This document shows positions 59,810 through 64,000 of a stretch of DNA of 64,000 bases, in pieces. Location: positions 5,976 through 69,975 of the forward strand of contig CAVAYV010000015.1 of the NCBI GenBank assembly GCA_963593015.1, in the 5' to 3' direction. This DNA is from a bacterium. GTDB taxonomy: Bacteria; Bacillota_I; Bacilli_A; RFN20; CAG-826. The position numbers and the translations under genes were made by a program. Numbering within the stretch: position 1 is the first letter of the stretch; every line of letters begins with the position of its first letter. The notes beneath the pieces are model-generated. The model saw only the letters and a list, made by a program, of their open reading frames with translations. It did no database searches and was not told where the DNA came from.

Positions 59810-61297
59810 ATGGACGAACAATTGAATGACCAAGAGCAAGCCCGTTTTGACAAGCTTGCCAAATACGAAGAATTAGGAGTTGATCCATTTGGGGGCCGCT
59901 ACGAATGGAAAGACCAAATTAAAGATCTTCGCGCTAGCTATGGAAATTTGAACGAAGAAGAACTGGCGGCCAAAAACGTCACCGTTAATGTTGCTGGGCG
60001 TTTAATGGCTATTCGCCGGATGGGCAAGGCTAGTTTTGTTAATATCAAAGACGAATATGGCAATATGCAAGCCTGGATAGGCATGAATGTCATTGGCGAG
60101 CATGACTACAGCGTTTTTAAACTCGCAGATTTAGGTGATATCGTTGGTTTAGAAGGGACTTTGATGCTTACTCGCACTGGTGAATTAACCATTCGCGTAA
60201 GTAAATACACCCACATCACAAAATGTTTAAAACCTTTGCCGGAAAAGTATCATGGCTTAACCGATCTTGAAGATCGTTGCCGTTATCGTTATGTCGATTT
60301 GATTGTTAATGATGAGTCGAGAAGAAACGCTTTATTGCGCCCAGCCGTCATCAAAGGAATTCGTCATTTCTGCGATGAAAAAGGCTTTGTTGAGGTTGAA
60401 ACCCCTGTTTTGTCTCCGATCGCGGGTGGCGCTAGCGCTAGACCCTTCATCACCCACCATAACGCCTTGGACAAAGACTTCTATTTGCGTATCGCTACCG
60501 AGCTTAATTTAAAGAAATGCATGGTCGGGGGAATTGATAGAGTTTATGAAATCGGCCGTATTTTCCGTAATGAAGGCATGGATAATCGTCACAATCCTGA
60601 ATTCACGACGATTGAGCTTTACCAAGCTTATGGCGATTTGCGTTCGATGATGGAATGGGCAGAAGGGCTCTTCCATTACATCGCTAATGAAGTCGTGGGC
60701 AAGACCACATTCCATTGGCATGATCATGATATCGATGTTTCTAAGCCGTTTGCCAATATTTCTATGGCTGAAGCCATCAAAGAAAAGACTGGCGTTGATT
60801 TCACTGAAGATATCCCGTTTGAAAAAGCGGTCGAATTAGCGAAAGAACACCATGTTGCTTTGGAAAAAAGTTGGAATAGCACCGGTTACATCATGCAAGC
60901 TTTCTTTGATGAATTCGTTGAACCAACCTTAATTCAACCAACTTTCATCCACACCTATCCAATTGAAGTCTCCCCGTTGACCAAAAAGACCAGCGATCCA
61001 CGTTTTGTCGATCGTTTCGAACTCTTTATCGGAGGAACTGAATTCGCGAATGCCTATTCTGAATTGAATAACCCGCTTGACCAAAAAGAAAGATTTTTAG
61101 CTCAAATGGCCGCTAGAGATAGGGGTGATGACGAAGCCAATGAGATTGATTACACCTTCCTTGATGCTTTGAATTATGGCATGCCACCTGCAGGCGGCAT
61201 TGGATTAGGCGTTGACCGTTTCTGTATGCTTATGGCGGAAGAAGACACGATTCGTGAAGTTTTGCTCTTCCCAACTATGAAGAACGTCGATAAATAA
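59810..61297 (+). CDS. lysS: Lysine--tRNA ligase, class II
   Basis: 495 aa with an N-terminal OB anticodon-binding domain and class II motifs (…FRNEGMDNRHNPEFTTIELYQAY…, GGIGLGVDR). Confidence 0.95.
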   Translation: MDEQLNDQEQARFDKLAKYEELGVDPFGGRYEWKDQIKDLRASYGNLNEEELAAKNVTVNVAGRLMAIRRMGKASFVNIKDEYGNMQAWIGMNVIGEHDYSVFKLADLGDIVGLEGTLMLTRTGELTIRVSKYTHITKCLKPLPEKYHGLTDLEDRCRYRYVDLIVNDESRRNALLRPAVIKGIRHFCDEKGFVEVETPVLSPIAGGASARPFITHHNALDKDFYLRIATELNLKKCMVGGIDRVYEIGRIFRNEGMDNRHNPEFTTIELYQAYGDLRSMMEWAEGLFHYIANEVVGKTTFHWHDHDIDVSKPFANISMAEAIKEKTGVDFTEDIPFEKAVELAKEHHVALEKSWNSTGYIMQAFFDEFVEPTLIQPTFIHTYPIEVSPLTKKTSDPRFVDRFELFIGGTEFANAYSELNNPLDQKERFLAQMAARDRGDDEANEIDYTFLDALNYGMPPAGGIGLGVDRFCMLMAEEDTIREVLLFPTMKNVDK

Positions 61298-61312
61298 AAA
61301 TAGCAAAAATTA

Positions 61313-61341
61313 AAGGGCGATTTACAATTGCTCTTTTTTTG
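61313..61341 (+). terminator. Terminator after lysS (imperfect hairpin plus T7)
   Basis: AGGGCGATTT-aca-ATTGCTCT followed by TTTTTTT. Confidence 0.45.
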
Positions 61342-61467
61342 ATACGTATATTAAAATCCTTGCAAAAATGAATGATAATTTTAATTAATGTGATGAAATA
61401 GAGAGCATTAGTTTGGAAAATTGATAAGTTTTTTAGAAAAAATTTCCCCCTATGTCTATTTAGTAAC

Positions 61468-61544
61468 GAGGTGGAGGCGAGACCCTTCCTAGGAAGCCTT
61501 AGCCAAATTCCTTTCCACTTGCCTCCTCCTTATGTTTTTATGGG
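61468..61544 (+). ncRNA. Candidate small structured RNA or attenuator: a 9-bp closing helix around a palindromic inner hairpin, followed by a U-tract
   Basis: GGTGGAGGC (61470-61478) pairs with GCCTCCTCC (61521-61529) with one mismatch and encloses CTTCCTAGGAAG. It is followed immediately by TTATGTTTTTAT. No ORF overlaps it. Confidence 0.3.
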
Positions 61545-61589
61545 CCTAATAAATTTCTAGTCTTAATTCTGTGACCAACCATAAAAATA

Positions 61590-61618
61590 TTGTTTTACCC
61601 AATTGCTCATAATATAAT
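61590..61618 (+). promoter_or_regulatory. Putative rpsF operon promoter (TTGTTT-17 bp-TATAAT)
   Basis: The -10 TATAAT is at 61613-61618. A roughly 90-nt leader follows, containing the GCCTTAA-ggaagga-TTAAGGC hairpin at 61627-61647 and an AGGAGG RBS. Confidence 0.4.
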
Positions 61619-61710
61619 TATGAACTGCCTTAAGGAAGGATTAAGGCATACACACTCTTATGGCCACACGAATAGATGTGGTCCAGAGTCCGAAATTAGG
61701 AGGTGCAACT

Positions 61711-61998
61711 ATGAAGAAATACGAGATCATGTACATCCTTAAAGCTGACCTTGAAGAGGCCGCTCGTAAGGAAGAGATCAGTAAGCTCCAAGGTATCCTT
61801 GAAGGATTAAACTCCAAGGTTACCGATACCAAAGAATGGGGCGTCAGAGACTTCGCCTATCCAATCAAAAAGCAAACCAAAGGCTACTACGTTATCATTA
61901 AAGTTAACGCCGATGCCGCTGCGCTTGCTGAGTTTGATCGTTTAGCGAAACTCGATAACAGCGTCATTCGTCATTTGGTCACTGTTGATCAAGACTAA
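61711..61998 (+). CDS. rpsF: 30S ribosomal protein S6
   Basis: Start taken at MKKYEIMYILK…, 7 nt after AGGAGG. The ORF-track start at 61660 is a 5' over-extension. Confidence 0.9.
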   Translation: MKKYEIMYILKADLEEAARKEEISKLQGILEGLNSKVTDTKEWGVRDFAYPIKKQTKGYYVIIKVNADAAALAEFDRLAKLDNSVIRHLVTVDQD

Positions 61999-62024
61999 GA
62001 AACGATTAACGGAGGTCAAAATTT

Positions 62025-62477
62025 ATGCTTAATCGAATTATAATGGTTGGACGTTTAACCCGTGACCCAGAGTTACGGAGAACCGCATCAGGCTTATCAG
62101 TCGCATCCTTCACGATTGCCTGTGATGATTCCCGCAAAGGACCTAATGGCGAAAAGCAAACAGTGTTCATGAATTGCTCTAGCTTCGGTCAACAAGCGGA
62201 TTTCGTCAGCAAATACGCAAGAAAGGGAAACCTTGTCGCTATTTCCGGTCGTCTTACCCAAAGAAAGTATGTTCGCAAAGCCGATAACGTTCAAATGACC
62301 GCTACCGACATTGTCTGCGATGATTTCCAATTGCTTGAGTCCAAAGGCAGCAATGCCGCTAATGACAACGGAGGCTTTGTCTCCGATACAAATAGCAGCG
62401 CCGCCTCATCAAACGAAACTTCCTCAAGCGGAGATTTGGATTCGATTGATGTCGTTGACGACGACTTGCCGTTCTAA
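62025..62477 (+). CDS. ssb: Single-stranded DNA-binding protein
   Basis: An OB fold and the acidic C-terminal tail …DDDLPF. Confidence 0.9.
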   Translation: MLNRIIMVGRLTRDPELRRTASGLSVASFTIACDDSRKGPNGEKQTVFMNCSSFGQQADFVSKYARKGNLVAISGRLTQRKYVRKADNVQMTATDIVCDDFQLLESKGSNAANDNGGFVSDTNSSAASSNETSSSGDLDSIDVVDDDLPF

Positions 62478-62505
62478 CGTAACAATATGAAAGGAATTTG
62501 GAGCA

Positions 62506-62736
62506 ATGGCTTATAAAAAAATGAGACCTAGAAAAAAGGTCTGCTACTTCAAAAAGAACCACATCAAGCACATCGATTACAAGGATGTCGAACTCCTTCA
62601 GAAATTTGTCAATCCTGACGGAAAAATCGCCCCTCGTAGTGCCACTGGTACCTGTGCGAAGTATCAAAGAGAGCTTGCCCGTGCTATCAAGAACGCCCGA
62701 TTCATGGGTCTTCTTCCAGAAGCTGGACAAAAATAA
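62506..62736 (+). CDS. rpsR: 30S ribosomal protein S18
   Basis: …[26 protein letters not shown]…[18 protein letters not shown]…. Confidence 0.9.
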   Translation: MAYKKMRPRKKVCYFKKNHIKHIDYKDVELLQKFVNPDGKIAPRSATGTCAKYQRELARAIKNARFMGLLPEAGQK

Positions 62737-62753
62737 AAACCGTATCTCGAATT

Positions 62754-62781
62754 GAGGCCAATCAATCTGGCCTCTTTTTTG
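62754..62781 (+). terminator. Terminator after rpsR (GAGGCCA-atcaatc-TGGCCTC plus TTTTTT)
   Basis: Perfect 7-bp stem followed by a run of six T. Confidence 0.7.
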
Positions 62782-62819
62782 TTCTTTTATAGTCTTATTG
62801 AGACTATAATATTTCTATT

Positions 62820-64000
62820 ATGACAAAGACTTTGAAACATTTGCGCGTATTGATTCTCAGCCTCACGATTGTTGAAACCGCGATCATGGCTGTCATTTTG
62901 CTTTTTTATTCATTTGACTGGTTCTCCTTCAGAAGCTATGTTCCAGCCGGATATTTCATGATTGCTGCGGCCGCTGCCATTGTCCTTGATTTGCTTTTAT
63001 ATTGGTTTTCAATCATCAAAATCAGCCGCATTCGTCAAAAGACTGACGTTGAAGCAGCCTCTTTGATTGGCGCCGATATTCAAGAAGCCTATGATTTCGG
63101 CCTTATTGGCTTAGTCGTTGTCGATGAAAACGGAATTGTCATGTGGAGCAATTCCTTGTTCAGAGAAAGAAATATCGAACTCATTGACATGGATATTTTT
63201 TCCTGGATCCCGTCTTTGAAGGAACTTGTCAATGCGCCAATCAATAAAGTCTTGCACAACGTTGAGATCAAAGGGGCAAATTTTGATGTCAAATATTTAA
63301 ATGAGCCTCGCTTATTCATTTTCAAAGACACCACGAAATATGACAATATCGTCAATTATTCCAAAGAGCAGGCATTGGCTTTGGGCATCATTATGCTTGA
63401 TAACTTCAACGATGTCGCTTCCGAGACTGACGAAGCTGCTGATATGGTTAATAAAGTTCGTAATATCATTATCGATTATTTTCGTGGTTTCGGCGTCTTG
63501 TTGAGACGTGTCCGCAACGACACTTATTTTGCGGTTTGCAATTATGCCTCGCTAGCGAAGTTAGAAAGCGATGGCTTCAGCGTTCTTGAGAAAGTTCGCT
63601 TGGCGGAGAAAGATGAAGAAAACCCCTTGACCTTGTCTTTGGGTTTTGCCCATGACTTCCCTGATGTCTCAAAACTCAACGAAATGGCAACAAGCGCCGT
63701 TGATGTCGCGTTATCTAGAGGTGGCGATCAAGCGGTTGTAAACCAATACGGCAAAGAATTAAAGTTTTTCGGTGGCAAAACCGCCGCATTTGAAACCACT
63801 AGCAAAGTTAAGGTCCGCTCTATTGCCGACTCCTTGATTTCTTTGATCAAGAGTTCCTCTAATGTCTATATCATGGGCCACACCGACATGGACATGGATG
63901 CTTTAGGCTCTTGTTTAGGGGTTATGGCTATTTGCGATTATTGCAAAAAACGCTCCAGAATCATCTACAACCCAAAACAAGCAGAAAAGAAAACGCGTAC
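62820..64000 (+). CDS. gdpP: Cyclic-di-AMP phosphodiesterase GdpP, N-terminal portion that continues past the window end
   Basis: The frame is open from the ATG at 62820 to the window end. It has two N-terminal TM helices, a PAS-like region, a degenerate GGDEF region (…LSRGGDQAV…) and the start of the DHH domain (…IMGHTDMDMDALGS…), at the conserved rpsF-ssb-rpsR-gdpP position. It is absent from the ORF track because no stop lies inside the window. Confidence 0.75.
   Translation, partial: MTKTLKHLRVLILSLTIVETAIMAVILLFYSFDWFSFRSYVPAGYFMIAAAAAIVLDLLLYWFSIIKISRIRQKTDVEAASLIGADIQEAYDFGLIGLVVVDENGIVMWSNSLFRERNIELIDMDIFSWIPSLKELVNAPINKVLHNVEIKGANFDVKYLNEPRLFIFKDTTKYDNIVNYSKEQALALGIIMLDNFNDVASETDEAADMVNKVRNIIIDYFRGFGVLLRRVRNDTYFAVCNYASLAKLESDGFSVLEKVRLAEKDEENPLTLSLGFAHDFPDVSKLNEMATSAVDVALSRGGDQAVVNQYGKELKFFGGKTAAFETTSKVKVRSIADSLISLIKSSSNVYIMGHTDMDMDALGSCLGVMAICDYCKKRSRIIYNPKQAEKKTR

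Noticed and set aside
1-64000. Possibility of a TGA-recoding (Mollicutes code 4) genome, given the low GC content and Mollicutes-like gene order
   Set aside because: Many long genes terminate cleanly at TGA (recF and tldD, for example), and Trp is encoded by TGG inside conserved motifs. The standard code applies.

Overview
This 64 kb window covers the chromosomal replication origin of a low-GC Firmicutes/Mycoplasmatota-like bacterium that uses the standard genetic code (TGA is a stop, Trp is TGG). Minus strand, ordered from the origin outward: dnaA-dnaN-yaaA-recF-gyrB-gyrA, a GT4-like glycosyltransferase, serS, an SRP RNA gene, tadA, an operon of a fused MacB-like ABC transporter + P-type ATPase + psuG, a TetR regulator, and a membrane protein. 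Plus strand: rpmH-rnpA-yidC-jag, then a fusion of a polytopic membrane protein to a DUF2188 domain that carries 69-bp tandem repeats, then mnmE-tatD-rnmV-rsmA-ispE. mnmG, rsmG and parAB are absent. Further on the plus strand are a MazG-like gene, ppdK (minus), an FGGY kinase, a lipoprotein Ntn-hydrolase/TetR/DUF368 block, manC-like, flavodoxin, pth-mfd-rqcP-ftsH-dusB, a marR plus heterodimeric ABC exporter pair, patB with a DUF3737 gene, lysS, and rpsF-ssb-rpsR-gdpP (partial). The origin is bipartite, with DnaA boxes (consensus TTATCCACA) upstream of dnaA and in the dnaA-dnaN spacer. The left end (1.7-4.3 kb) is a decayed accessory locus: about 720 bp with no ORF, an orphan AbiEi-like gene, and a frameshifted, truncated AAA ATPase. 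I found no CRISPR array, transposase, rRNA or tRNA. The most unusual items are the DUF2188-membrane fusion inserted in the conserved jag-mnmE cluster, an 18-bp perfect palindrome at the ftsH promoter, a structured terminator-bearing RNA element between lysS and rpsF, and the MacB/P-type ATPase/psuG operon. All protein family calls come from reading motifs in the translations. Nothing was searched against a database.
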